A program made the translations under genes and the position numbers. This document shows, piece after piece, positions 27,400-37,030 of a stretch of DNA of 64,000 bases (its first letter is position 1; each line of letters opens with the position of its first letter). Origin of the DNA: a bacterium (GTDB taxonomy: Bacteria > JAHJDO01). Below the pieces are notes generated by a model. It was not told the origin of the DNA. It searched no databases and saw only the letters and a program-made list of their open reading frames with translations. Where the stretch lies: assembly GCA_018812485.1 (NCBI GenBank), contig JAHJDO010000103.1, positions 3,929 to 67,928 on the forward strand, given 5' to 3'.

Positions 27400-28749
27400 A
27401 TGTACTCAGCAATAGTAAAACCCGTAAATAAATTATCCGGTACCATTTATGTTCCCGGAGATAAATCAATTTCTCACAGAGCAGTTATTCTTGGCTCTCT
27501 GGCAAAGGGAACAACAAGAATAACAGGGTTCCTTGAAAGCGAAGATTGCATGAGAACAGTCGAAATCTTCAGGCAGCTGGGTGTTGATATAGCTGTATCC
27601 GGAAAAAACGAAGTAGTGATAACCTCGAAAGGTCTTCATGGACTAAAAGAGCCCAAGGAGGATTTATATGCAGGTAACTCCGGAACAACAATGAGACTTA
27701 TGCTTGGAGTTCTGGCAGGTCAGAAGTTTACTTCAAGAATTACAGGGGATGATTCTCTTTGCAAAAGGCCTATGAGAAGAGTTACAGATCCTCTCAGGAA
27801 AATGGGTGCCAAGATCACAGGTAAAGTTAAAAATTATGACGAATATGCTCCTTTTGTTGTTTCAGGAGGAGACCTTTTGGGGAGAGAACATAAATCAGTT
27901 TTAGTTGCAAGCGCACAGGTAAAATCTGCAATTCTTTTAGCAGGTTTATATGCAAACGAAGAGACATCTGTCATTGAGCCTTTTAAATCAAGAGATCATA
28001 CAGAGAGGATGCTTGAATATCTTGGTGCGGATTTAAAAGTAGAGGGGAATAAAGTGTCAATAAAGGGAAGGGGACATTTAGTATCTAAGGATATAGTTAT
28101 TCCCGGAGACATTTCTTCTGCCGCATTTTTTATTGTAGCTACTTCATGTTTAAAGGGCTCAGAAATTGTAATTAGAAATGTGGGAGTAAATCCTACCCGA
28201 ACAGGTATAATTGATGTGATGAGAAGAATGGGCGCAGATATAGAATTAAGAAACGAAAAGACAATTTCAGGAGAACCTCGTGCAGATATTCTTGTTAAAA
28301 GCAGCAAACTTAAGGGAATTACTATTGAACCGGATCAAATTCCAAGAATAATTGATGAAATTCCAATAATTGCAGTTGCTGCCGCTAGAGCGCGTGGAGA
28401 AACTGTAATCAAAGGAGTCTCTGAATTGAAAGTTAAAGAAAGTAACAGGCTAATGGCAATTCATGACCTATTTCACTACTTTGAAATGAAGCTCAATGAT
28501 TGCAGTTCTAAAAGATTGGTTATTCCAGGAGAGCAAGATATGAAACCTCAAACCTTTTCCGGAGCCGTATGTAACAGTCTTGGTGACCATAGAATAGCTA
28601 TGACTGGAATTATTATGGGTCTTATGGCAAAGGGGAAAACGGAAAAAGCAAAGATATTTGATACAGATTGTATTAATACGTCTTTTCCTAATTTTATAGA
28701 AATATTAAAAAAAATGATTCCTGAAGGAACGATTAAAGTTGAGAAATAA
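27400..28749 (+). CDS. aroA: EPSP synthase (class II)
   Basis: PGDKSISHR, GNSGTTMRL, SAQVKSA, SRDHTE, NPTR, DHRIAM. Confidence 0.96.
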   Translation: MYSAIVKPVNKLSGTIYVPGDKSISHRAVILGSLAKGTTRITGFLESEDCMRTVEIFRQLGVDIAVSGKNEVVITSKGLHGLKEPKEDLYAGNSGTTMRLMLGVLAGQKFTSRITGDDSLCKRPMRRVTDPLRKMGAKITGKVKNYDEYAPFVVSGGDLLGREHKSVLVASAQVKSAILLAGLYANEETSVIEPFKSRDHTERMLEYLGADLKVEGNKVSIKGRGHLVSKDIVIPGDISSAAFFIVATSCLKGSEIVIRNVGVNPTRTGIIDVMRRMGADIELRNEKTISGEPRADILVKSSKLKGITIEPDQIPRIIDEIPIIAVAAARARGETVIKGVSELKVKESNRLMAIHDLFHYFEMKLNDCSSKRLVIPGEQDMKPQTFSGAVCNSLGDHRIAMTGIIMGLMAKGKTEKAKIFDTDCINTSFPNFIEILKKMIPEGTIKVEK

Positions 28750-29401
28750 GCTAACTATAGCTATTGATGGGCCTGCTGGTTCAGGCAAAAGCAGCGTTTC
28801 AAAGATTATTGCAAAAAGATTGGGACTTTTGTATGTAGATACAGGAGCTATGTACAGAGCGCTCACACTTAAGGCTATGGAAAATGGCATTAATATAAAA
28901 AAAGAGATGGCATTGGTAGAGCTTACACGTAATACAAAAATTGAGCTAATTCATCAGGAAGAGGGGACTGTTGTTTTACTTGATGGACAAGATGTAACAG
29001 AAAAAATAAGAGGTACTGATGTAACAAATAATGTCTTTTATCTTGCCAGAGCAGAAGGAGTAAGAGAGTGCATGAAGAGGTTGCAGAGGAAAATTGCAGA
29101 AAAAGGCGATGTTGTAATGGAAGGACGAGATATCACAACTGTTATATTGCCTGATGCAGACTATAAGTTTTATCTGGATGCTTCTTTTGAGGAGCGTGTG
29201 AAAAGGCGCAGGAAAGAGTTAGAACAAAATGGCCAGCAAATTGTGGAATCAGAACTCTCAAAAGATATAAAAATGCGAGACAAAAAAGATTTGACAAGAA
29301 AAATAGCACCTTTAATAAAAGCAGAGGATGCTATTGTTATTGACTCAACAGGAATGAGTTTGGAAGAAGAAGCAGAAACAGTCATATCCTATATAAAATG
29401 A
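28739..29401 (+). CDS. cmk: Cytidylate kinase
   Basis: IAIDGPAGSGKS, DTGAMYR, MEGRDI. Confidence 0.96.
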   Translation: MRNKLTIAIDGPAGSGKSSVSKIIAKRLGLLYVDTGAMYRALTLKAMENGINIKKEMALVELTRNTKIELIHQEEGTVVLLDGQDVTEKIRGTDVTNNVFYLARAEGVRECMKRLQRKIAEKGDVVMEGRDITTVILPDADYKFYLDASFEERVKRRRKELEQNGQQIVESELSKDIKMRDKKDLTRKIAPLIKAEDAIVIDSTGMSLEEEAETVISYIK

Positions 29402-30006
29402 TATATACAGTAGCTAAATTAATTTCATATATTTTCTGTAAGATTTATTTCAGATTAGAAATAAAAGGCACTGATAATATCCCTAAAAAAGGGGGGGTGT
29501 TAGTGGCTTCAAATCATAGCAGTTTCCTTGACCCTGTTATTGTAGGTGTTGGAATATCCAGAGCAACTTATTACCTTACAAAACAAAACTTGTTTAAGAT
29601 TCCTATATTTGGATTGCTAATCAAATCCTTGCATACTATCCCAGTAAGGCGTGAGCAGGTAAGCATTTCTACATTTAAAGAATTAATTAGATCCCTACAC
29701 TCTAAAAAAGCTGTCATTCTATTTCCTGAAGGGACAAGAAGTATAGATGGGAAACTAGGCCAAGGAAAGATTGGTATAGGCATGCTTGCTTTAAAAGCAA
29801 ATGTTCCCATTGTCCCTGCATATATAGATGGAGCGACAAAGGCTTTCCCTAAATATGGTAAATGGATACATCCAAAGAGGATTAGAGTTATCTTTGGCAA
29901 GCCAATTATGCCTAATAGTAAAGACTCAAATAAGAATGACTATCGAAGAATAAGCGCTCAAGTAATGGAGTCTATAAATAATTTAAAAGAAAATATTACT
30001 TGCTAA
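29398..30006 (+). CDS. plsC: 1-acyl-sn-glycerol-3-phosphate acyltransferase
   Basis: NHSSFLD, FPEGTRS. Confidence 0.92.
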   Translation: MIYTVAKLISYIFCKIYFRLEIKGTDNIPKKGGVLVASNHSSFLDPVIVGVGISRATYYLTKQNLFKIPIFGLLIKSLHTIPVRREQVSISTFKELIRSLHSKKAVILFPEGTRSIDGKLGQGKIGIGMLALKANVPIVPAYIDGATKAFPKYGKWIHPKRIRVIFGKPIMPNSKDSNKNDYRRISAQVMESINNLKENITC

Positions 30007-30076
30007 TAGGGAAACAGTCTGCTATTTTGTAGAAACAATTTTTGGGAAATTTTGAGAAAATAAGGAGGATTTTGGT

Positions 30077-31705
30077 TTGATGCAAAAGACTAATGGAGAT
30101 TTGGAAGCATTATATGAGCAGAGTTTTAAAAATATTAAAAAGGGGGATGTTGTAAAGGGAACAATTATTGAAATAGGACGGAATGAGGTAATAGTGGATA
30201 TAGGGTATAAGTCTGAAGGAGTAATCCGCATTGACGAGTTTAAGGATGCATCTAAGCTAAAGGTTGGAGATGAGATTGAAGTTTTACTTGAGAAAATTGA
30301 GGATGAATCAGGCTCAGTAGTTTTATCAAAAGAAAAGGCTGGACAAATGAAGTTTTGGAACGAGATCGTGGCAGCGTTTTCAGAAGAAAAAAGTGTTATG
30401 GGCAAACTGCTAAAAAGGATAAAAGGTGGGTTTTCTGTGGATATCGGAGTTGAGGGATTCTTGCCTACCTCACAGTCGGATATCAAGATAATTGCTGGTT
30501 TTGAAAATATGCTTAATAAAAATTTAGAGTTTAAGATTATAAAATTGAATAAAATGCGTAGAAATGTTGTGCTTTCTCGTAAAGAATTGTTTAAAAAGAC
30601 ACAAGTAGAGGATAGAGAAAAACTTTTTGAAGATCTAAAGGAAGGACAGATTAGAAAAGGATTCATTAAAAATATAACAGATTTTGGAGCATTTATTGAC
30701 CTTGGAGGAATTGATGGATTACTTCATATAACAGATATATCATGGGGACGCATATCGCATCCTTCAGATGTGCTTTCTCTTGGACAGGAGATAGAAGTTA
30801 TGATTTTATCAATTGATAAAGAAAAGAATAGAGTATCTCTTGGTCTAAAGCAAAAAACTACCAATCCATGGTTAGACATAGATAAAAAATATCCTATTGG
30901 TTCAAAGGTTAAGGGAAAAGTAGTGAATATTACTGCTTATGGGGCTTTTGTTGAATTGGAAGAAGGGATAGAGGGCTTAATGCATATATCTCAGATGTCA
31001 TGGACTAAAAAAATTATGCATCCCTCTGAGGTTGTAAATATGGGAGATGCAGTAGAAGCCATTGTTTTAAGTCTTGAAAAGGGAGAGGAAAAAATCTCTT
31101 TAGGGATAAAACAGTTAGAAGCAAATCCATGGGAAAAGGCAGAAGAAAAGTATCCTGTTGGAGCAAAGATTAAAGGCATAATTAGAAACATAACTGATTA
31201 CGGCGTGTTTGTTGAAATAGAAGAAGGGATAGATGGTCTAGTACATATCTCAGATTTATCATGGTCTACGAGAGCAAATGATCCGTCGAAAATGTTTAAG
31301 AAAGATGATGAGATGGAAGTTGTTGTGTTATCGATAGACTCTGATAATAGGAAAATATCCCTAGGCGTAAAACAGCTTACGTCTGATCCTTGGGAAGAGT
31401 TATCTGATAAATATAAAGATGAAATGGACGTAGAGTGTGGGGTGATAAAGATAACTAAGTTTGGAATTTTTGTTGAGCTTGAGCAGGGAGTAGAAGGTTT
31501 GATTCACGTTTCAGAACTGTCGGAAGGAGAAAATTTAGAGAAGAAATATGAAATTGGCACGAAAATCACTGCTAGAATAGTTAAAATTGATTTACAAGGA
31601 CGGAAAATAAGTCTAAGTATAAAAGAGTCTGGCAATAAGCAGAAAAAAGAAAAAATAAAACCCGAAGATACCAGAACTAAAAAAGAAGAAGTTAAAAGCG
31701 AATAA
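30077..31705 (+). CDS. rpsA: 30S ribosomal protein S1
   Basis: Six S1 repeats (DIGYKSEG, FGAFIDLGGIDGLLHITDISW, ...); SD AAGGAGG; start at 30077 or 30080. Confidence 0.97.
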   Translation: MMQKTNGDLEALYEQSFKNIKKGDVVKGTIIEIGRNEVIVDIGYKSEGVIRIDEFKDASKLKVGDEIEVLLEKIEDESGSVVLSKEKAGQMKFWNEIVAAFSEEKSVMGKLLKRIKGGFSVDIGVEGFLPTSQSDIKIIAGFENMLNKNLEFKIIKLNKMRRNVVLSRKELFKKTQVEDREKLFEDLKEGQIRKGFIKNITDFGAFIDLGGIDGLLHITDISWGRISHPSDVLSLGQEIEVMILSIDKEKNRVSLGLKQKTTNPWLDIDKKYPIGSKVKGKVVNITAYGAFVELEEGIEGLMHISQMSWTKKIMHPSEVVNMGDAVEAIVLSLEKGEEKISLGIKQLEANPWEKAEEKYPVGAKIKGIIRNITDYGVFVEIEEGIDGLVHISDLSWSTRANDPSKMFKKDDEMEVVVLSIDSDNRKISLGVKQLTSDPWEELSDKYKDEMDVECGVIKITKFGIFVELEQGVEGLIHVSELSEGENLEKKYEIGTKITARIVKIDLQGRKISLSIKESGNKQKKEKIKPEDTRTKKEEVKSE

Positions 31706-31747
31706 ACATAACAGTTTAGCTCCCGGAAGCCCTGAAAATTCTTTTGA

Positions 31748-32662
31748 ATGATGATAATTTTTTTTGTCCTAATATTTAGTTTATGTATAGGCAGTTTTTT
31801 AAATGTATGTATTTATCGAATCCCCAGGCAAAAGTCTATAGTATCTCCTCCATCTCTATGTCCAGGATGCAGTAAGAGCATAAAATGGTTCGATAATATT
31901 CCATTAATAAGCTATATTCTCCTTAGAGGCAGGTGCAGGGTTTGTAAGGAGAGAATATCTGCGCAGTATTTTATTGTTGAGCTTCTTACAGGAGTGCTAT
32001 TACTGTTACTGTATTTTAAATTCGGCATTAGTATCAAGTTCTTTGTATATTCACTTCTTTTTGCAGTATTTATAGTTGTTTCTTTTATAGATATTGAGTG
32101 GATGCTTATTCCTGATTTCTTTTCTCTTTTTGGAATTGCATTCGCGCTTTTAGTAAGCTTCCTTTATCCTCCACTAATGAATTCAGCATCAAATCTCGAA
32201 GCTTTCCTAAGATCCTTAGGAGGGGCTTTATTTGGTGGATTAAGTCTTACATGTGTTGCTTTTTTCGGCTGGTTTATTTTTAAAAAGGAAGCAATGGGAG
32301 GAGGGGATATCAAGTTAATAGCAATGATAGGAGCATTTATTGGATGGCAATATACTTTAATGACTCTTTTTATATCATTTCTTGCAGGTGCATTTTTTGG
32401 AGTAAGCTTTCTCATTATAGTAGCGATAGAAAGAGTAGGTGCAACACTTAAAAGAATAAAAAGAAAGAGCAGGGGACTCACAAAAAGGCAACTTTATTTC
32501 ATAATTCCCGCTAAAAGCTTGATTTATCAGTTGAATCGTAGAAGAGGAACTGCGATACCATTTGGTCCATATATTGTCCTTGGAGCAATTTTATCTATAT
32601 TATATGGAGACAAGCTTCTTAACATTTATCCCATTATTCTCCAGAAGATATGGGGGATGTAG
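31748..32662 (+). CDS. pilD: Type IV prepilin peptidase/N-methyltransferase
   Basis: GSFLNVCIYRIP, two CxxC pairs, FID, AMGGGDIKL, IPFGPY. Confidence 0.92.
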   Translation: MMIIFFVLIFSLCIGSFLNVCIYRIPRQKSIVSPPSLCPGCSKSIKWFDNIPLISYILLRGRCRVCKERISAQYFIVELLTGVLLLLLYFKFGISIKFFVYSLLFAVFIVVSFIDIEWMLIPDFFSLFGIAFALLVSFLYPPLMNSASNLEAFLRSLGGALFGGLSLTCVAFFGWFIFKKEAMGGGDIKLIAMIGAFIGWQYTLMTLFISFLAGAFFGVSFLIIVAIERVGATLKRIKRKSRGLTKRQLYFIIPAKSLIYQLNRRRGTAIPFGPYIVLGAILSILYGDKLLNIYPIILQKIWGM

Positions 32663-32685
32663 GAAAAGTAATTGGTAAATAGTGA

Positions 32686-32783
32686 ATGGATACAGGCTGT
32701 ATGTTGAGCCGACCAGCTCTAGTGCGTCGTAAGCGAGACAGGAGAGTGTTTGCTAGTAGGTGAGGCATGCGGATTGTGTCCAT
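32686..32783 (+). other. 98-nt imperfect hairpin (candidate structured RNA or palindromic element)
   Basis: ATGGATACAG/TTGTGTCCAT and CTGTATGTT/GGCATGCGG pair through many G-U pairs, followed by a tandem GA/GA loop, GCC/GGT and further inner stems. Confidence 0.6.
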
Positions 32784-32794
32784 CTGGGAGAAGT

Positions 32795-34255
32795 TTGGTG
32801 AATATTTGCGAAAAATTAATATTTGAACTTGGGAAAGAAGGAAGAAGAGCCTACACTTTGCCGCTGTGTGATGTAATTGAGCAGAATGTTTCTGAACTAG
32901 TTCCCAGAAAGTTCATTAGGAAGAAAGACGCTAACTTGCCGCAGCTTACAGAGTTAGAAGTTATAAGACATTTTACAATGCTTTCGAAGAATAATTTTAG
33001 TGTTGATTCTGAACTGTATCCGTTGGGTTCTTGTACAATGAAATATAATCCAAAAATCAATGAAGAATTGGCAGAGTCTATAGATTTCAGGGGTGTTCAT
33101 CCTTTTGCCTCAGAAGAGTTATCTCAGGGAGCATTACACATTCTCTATCATATGGACAAATTCCTTTCAGAGATTGGCGGTATGGCAAAAACATGTATGC
33201 AACCAGCGGCTGGCGCGCATGGTGAGCTTACAGCAATGATGATGATAAAGGCATATTTTAAGGGTAAAAAAGAAAACAGGTTTAAAGTAGTGGTTCCAGA
33301 CTCGGCACATGGAACAAATCCTGCCAGCGCTGCATTATGTGGTTATGAAGTAGTTGAGGTTAAATCCGATAATAGGGGAAATATTGATGTAGAATCCTTA
33401 AGGGATGTTGTTGACGAGAGCGTTGCCTGTCTTATGTTAACTAATCCGAACACATTAGGCCTGTTTGAAGAGCATATTCTAGAGGTGTCTGAGATTATGC
33501 ATTCAAAAGGCGGCCTTTTATATTATGATGGTGCAAACATGAACGCAATACTCGGTATTGTGCGGCCAGGTGACATGGGGTTTGATATAATGCACTATAA
33601 TCTTCATAAAACCTTTTCAACACCTCATGGTGGCGGTGGTCCAGGATCAGGTCCAATATCATGTAAGGAACACCTGAAGCCGTATTTACCAGTACCTCTA
33701 ATAGAGAAAAACAAGGAGCATAATTACTACTTTGAGTATAATTGTCCAAGATCAATAGGTAGGGTACACGCATTCTATGGTAATTTTTTAGTAATATTGA
33801 AGGCATATGTATATATCAGAATGCTTGGACCAGATGGTCTTAGAAATGTTAGTGAGAATGCTGTGCTTAATGCAAATTATTTGTTAACTAAATTGAAGAA
33901 TTATTTTGATGTATCGTATGACAGGAATTGCATGCATGAATTTGTTTTATCAGCACAACGGTTTAGGAAAAAAGGAGTAAGAGCACTGGATATTGCAAAA
34001 CGGCTCTTGGATTATGGCATACATCCTCCAACAGTGTATTTCCCTTTAATTGTGTACGAGGCATTAATTATAGAGCCAACAGAAACAGAGACAAAAGAAA
34101 CATTAGATGAATTCATAGATGTAATGATCAAAATAGCGCAAGAGATAGAAAACACTCCAGAAAAGGTTACAAATGCACCGCATAAGACTTCTTTATCAAG
34201 ACTAGATGAGGTTGAAGCTGCGAGACATCCTGACTTACAATGGTCATCAGAGTGA
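32795..34255 (+). CDS. gcvPB: Glycine dehydrogenase subunit 2
   Basis: YPLGSCTMKYNP, QPAAGAHGE, SAHGTNPAS, NLHKTFSTPHGGGGPG (PLP Lys), EPTETE; start probably TTG 32795 or GTG 32798 behind GGGAG. Confidence 0.97.
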   Translation: MVNICEKLIFELGKEGRRAYTLPLCDVIEQNVSELVPRKFIRKKDANLPQLTELEVIRHFTMLSKNNFSVDSELYPLGSCTMKYNPKINEELAESIDFRGVHPFASEELSQGALHILYHMDKFLSEIGGMAKTCMQPAAGAHGELTAMMMIKAYFKGKKENRFKVVVPDSAHGTNPASAALCGYEVVEVKSDNRGNIDVESLRDVVDESVACLMLTNPNTLGLFEEHILEVSEIMHSKGGLLYYDGANMNAILGIVRPGDMGFDIMHYNLHKTFSTPHGGGGPGSGPISCKEHLKPYLPVPLIEKNKEHNYYFEYNCPRSIGRVHAFYGNFLVILKAYVYIRMLGPDGLRNVSENAVLNANYLLTKLKNYFDVSYDRNCMHEFVLSAQRFRKKGVRALDIAKRLLDYGIHPPTVYFPLIVYEALIIEPTETETKETLDEFIDVMIKIAQEIENTPEKVTNAPHKTSLSRLDEVEAARHPDLQWSSE

Positions 34256-35125
34256 TTTATTAATTTCTTCTCTCATTTTTATAAAATTCTGAGCTGTTTT
34301 GGATAAAACCTCTTCGGGAGAAAGATTTGTTTTCAGTTGCTCCAGAGAGAAAAATCCATCAAAATTATCCTCAACCATTATTTGCATCAGTTCCTTTATT
34401 GGCATATCTCCTTCTCCAAGATGCGCATATTCCCAGTTCTTATACATATCAGGTGCATGGAATTCATGCTTTTTCATCGGAAATGGATTCCCTTCACCAA
34501 TATATTTGGCATCTCTTGTATGCAAATGGGTTATTTTCCCTTTTATTATTGGATAAACTTCACGAGGCACATCCCCATTTGTTATAGAGTGCGTAAAGTC
34601 CCAGTTGATTGAGAGACCAGGTGCATCGGCTCTCTGGAGAATCTCATTAGCATTCTTCACCCTGCAAATATCATCATGTGTCTCAAGAGAAAGTGTGGTT
34701 CCGTATTCTGTAGCGAATTTTCCGCATTCCTTTATCCCCTTTGCAATTTTATCAAAGAACCTATCTCTGTTCTCTATCTTTGGTTCAGGAATAGTTCCTC
34801 CAAATACTCTGAGAAGTTTGATTCCGAGGTCTGATGCCAGAATGATATGCTGTTTGCAGTTTTCAATATTTCTGCGGTATTCAGCGTCATCTGGAGAAGA
34901 ATACTGAACAGAAGTAGCAAGGCAGCTTAAAATTATACCGCTATCTTCGCACTTTGTCTTTACCTGTTCACGCTCGGATTTTGTGAGACTTAGCTCAATA
35001 CCATGTTTATGGTTACTCTCTACCCTTGGCTCAAAGCCGTCAAAACCGTATTCTTTTGCTTTTGCAAGGATTGTATCTAAATCCCATTCTTTACAGCTAA
35101 AACTCATAAAACTACTTTTTAACAT
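34247..35125 (-). CDS. Sugar phosphate isomerase/epimerase-family TIM-barrel protein
   Basis: GFDGFE, LRVFGG, LETHD, NWDFTH, HLHTRD, GEGD, SLE. Confidence 0.87.
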   Translation of the reverse strand: MLKSSFMSFSCKEWDLDTILAKAKEYGFDGFEPRVESNHKHGIELSLTKSEREQVKTKCEDSGIILSCLATSVQYSSPDDAEYRRNIENCKQHIILASDLGIKLLRVFGGTIPEPKIENRDRFFDKIAKGIKECGKFATEYGTTLSLETHDDICRVKNANEILQRADAPGLSINWDFTHSITNGDVPREVYPIIKGKITHLHTRDAKYIGEGNPFPMKKHEFHAPDMYKNWEYAHLGEGDMPIKELMQIMVEDNFDGFFSLEQLKTNLSPEEVLSKTAQNFIKMREEINKSL

Positions 35126-35138
35126 TTGTTTTTCTCCC

Positions 35139-35954
35139 TCAATAATTCTTCATAACGGATTTCATGAACTTCACACTTGCAGGAACACCTGTTGTCTCAT
35201 CTTCCTCTCCCTCATATTCAAGCGCAACAAACCCATCAAATCCTGCATTCTTGATATGCTGAAGACATTTAGCATGATCCACGTCCCCCTTTCCAATAAC
35301 AGTCGGACGAAGTCCTCTTTTGTGAGTTGGATCCTTTTTAAAATCCTTGAAATGTACATACTTGCAGTATGGGGCAGCAATCTTTGTTCCTTCATCTCCT
35401 GTCTGACCGCATTGCATATAATTACCCACATCAATCGTAGCTTTCAAAAATGGGGAATTCATTTTTTTTATAACTTCTACCTGTTCTTCTCCTGTGCATG
35501 GGAGTCCGCCATGATTTTCTAAAGCCAATATAACATTGTTTTTCTCAGCAGAAGGAAGAACCAGTTCAATACCTTTTATTACCTTATCAAGTGCTTTCTT
35601 CAATTCTTCTGTATTGCTTCTGTCGCTAATGCTTCCACCAAAGATTCTTGAAACAGGAGCGCCTACATCTCCTGCGACGTCCAGCCATCTTTTGACTTTT
35701 TCCACCTGGTCATTAAATTCATCTTCTTCCTTATTGAAACTGTTAGACATAGAAAGGCCTGAAAGTTCAAGCGTTGTCTTTGACATAAGCGCATTTATCT
35801 GTTTTACGGCTTCTTTATATTCAGGCAGATACGCTACATGGAAATCTATGCCTTCAATTTCAAGTTTTTCAGCTTCAATAACAAATCTTTCCAAATTCCA
35901 TTCTTCTTCTTTAATTCTTCTATGATAACTATAGTGACAAAGCGATTTTTTCAT
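35139..35954 (-). CDS. Sugar phosphate isomerase/epimerase-family TIM-barrel protein
   Basis: SRIFGG, LALENHGG, DVGNY, VHFKD, ALEYEG. Confidence 0.88.
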   Translation of the reverse strand: MKKSLCHYSYHRRIKEEEWNLERFVIEAEKLEIEGIDFHVAYLPEYKEAVKQINALMSKTTLELSGLSMSNSFNKEEDEFNDQVEKVKRWLDVAGDVGAPVSRIFGGSISDRSNTEELKKALDKVIKGIELVLPSAEKNNVILALENHGGLPCTGEEQVEVIKKMNSPFLKATIDVGNYMQCGQTGDEGTKIAAPYCKYVHFKDFKKDPTHKRGLRPTVIGKGDVDHAKCLQHIKNAGFDGFVALEYEGEEDETTGVPASVKFMKSVMKNY

Positions 35955-35973
35955 TGTTATTCTCCTATTGTTA

Positions 35974-37020
35974 TTATACAGGACACATTTTATGGCACCT
36001 GTGTATCAGCGCAATCTGTCTTCTAACGCTTTCAGGCGTTATATACAGCGGTTTACCCTGTCGAATGGTCTTATAAACATCATTATAAAAGTCAGGATTT
36101 CGTGACGTCCCGCTTGGAACTTTCCATGTTTGCTCTTTCCATGGAATATCTTCTTTGTTATATGCCCGGTTTGGATCAGGTTTTGTGGAGACACTTCTAT
36201 TAGGAAGTTTTTTAGGATCAAAGTATTTCCATCTAAGTTCCTTAGCATTTCCAGCCAGAGTGCCCTGTGTTCCCATTATAAGCCAATGCTCCTGAGGATA
36301 CGCGCATGCGCTTGTCAGTTCCAGATCAATCATTGGCTGTCCTTTTGTCTTTAACATAATCTTTACATGGTCATCAGCATCTCCAAGCGTCAGTGTTCGC
36401 TCCAGATGGCAGAATACTTCTTCAGGGTCTTTTTCTCCAAATAACTGTAATAATACATCTATAGCATGCGGCGCAGTATTGTTAAGTGTTCCTCCACCAA
36501 ATTTCTTCAATGTCTGCCAATCCCAGCGTCTTCCAAAACCATGCCATGTTTGTTTAATCATTACTATGCGACCCAACTTCCCTGAATCAATAATCTTCTT
36601 AATCTTTAGAAAATCAGGTGTATAACGCCTGTTTTGGAAGGGGGCCAGTATCATGCCTGTCATTTTCGCGGTTTTAAGCATCTTATCTGCGTCAGTTAAA
36701 CTGGTTGCCATTGGCTTCTCACACACAACATGTTTCCCTGCTTTTAACGCTTTAATACTGCAACCTGCATGCAGATGCGAAGGAGTCGCAACAATCACAA
36801 GCTCAACATCTGGGTCTTTTATTAAGTCTTCGAAATTTGAATATATTTTACATTTAAATTCATCTTGTGCTTCTTTCTGTCTTTTCTTATCAGGGTCAGA
36901 AACTGCTACGATCTTATATTTATTCAATACTTGTCTGATCATACGAATATGGATGTCCCATCCACTCTTCCCAAGCCCAATAACCCCTACGTTAATTGCT
37001 TTATTTTTTTTCTTAGCCAT
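35974..37020 (-). CDS. Gfo/Idh/MocA-family oxidoreductase
   Basis: GLGKSG, VATPSHLH, CEKPM, FQNRR, GGGTLNNTAPHAID. Confidence 0.92.
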   Translation of the reverse strand: MAKKKNKAINVGVIGLGKSGWDIHIRMIRQVLNKYKIVAVSDPDKKRQKEAQDEFKCKIYSNFEDLIKDPDVELVIVATPSHLHAGCSIKALKAGKHVVCEKPMATSLTDADKMLKTAKMTGMILAPFQNRRYTPDFLKIKKIIDSGKLGRIVMIKQTWHGFGRRWDWQTLKKFGGGTLNNTAPHAIDVLLQLFGEKDPEEVFCHLERTLTLGDADDHVKIMLKTKGQPMIDLELTSACAYPQEHWLIMGTQGTLAGNAKELRWKYFDPKKLPNRSVSTKPDPNRAYNKEDIPWKEQTWKVPSGTSRNPDFYNDVYKTIRQGKPLYITPESVRRQIALIHRCHKMCPV

Positions 37021-37030
37021 ATTTTTTCCC

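Noticed and set aside
30022-30666. 214-aa antisense ORF over rpsA, and the many other 60-180 aa shadow ORFs
   Set aside because: They lie opposite or inside confidently identified genes, show the S/F/I/L bias typical of antisense frames, and have no family motifs
32686-32783. Hairpin as SRP RNA, 6S RNA, third glycine aptamer, attC site or terminator
   Set aside because: No SRP domain IV motif, too short for a typical 6S, no CCGAAG/CTCAGG, no RYYYAAC..GTTRRRY ends and no U-tract; kept as unassigned
32750-32794. Cys-rich N-terminal extension of GcvPB in the ORF track
   Set aside because: Encoded by the hairpin's 3' arm; the SD at 32786 fits a start at 32795/32798 better
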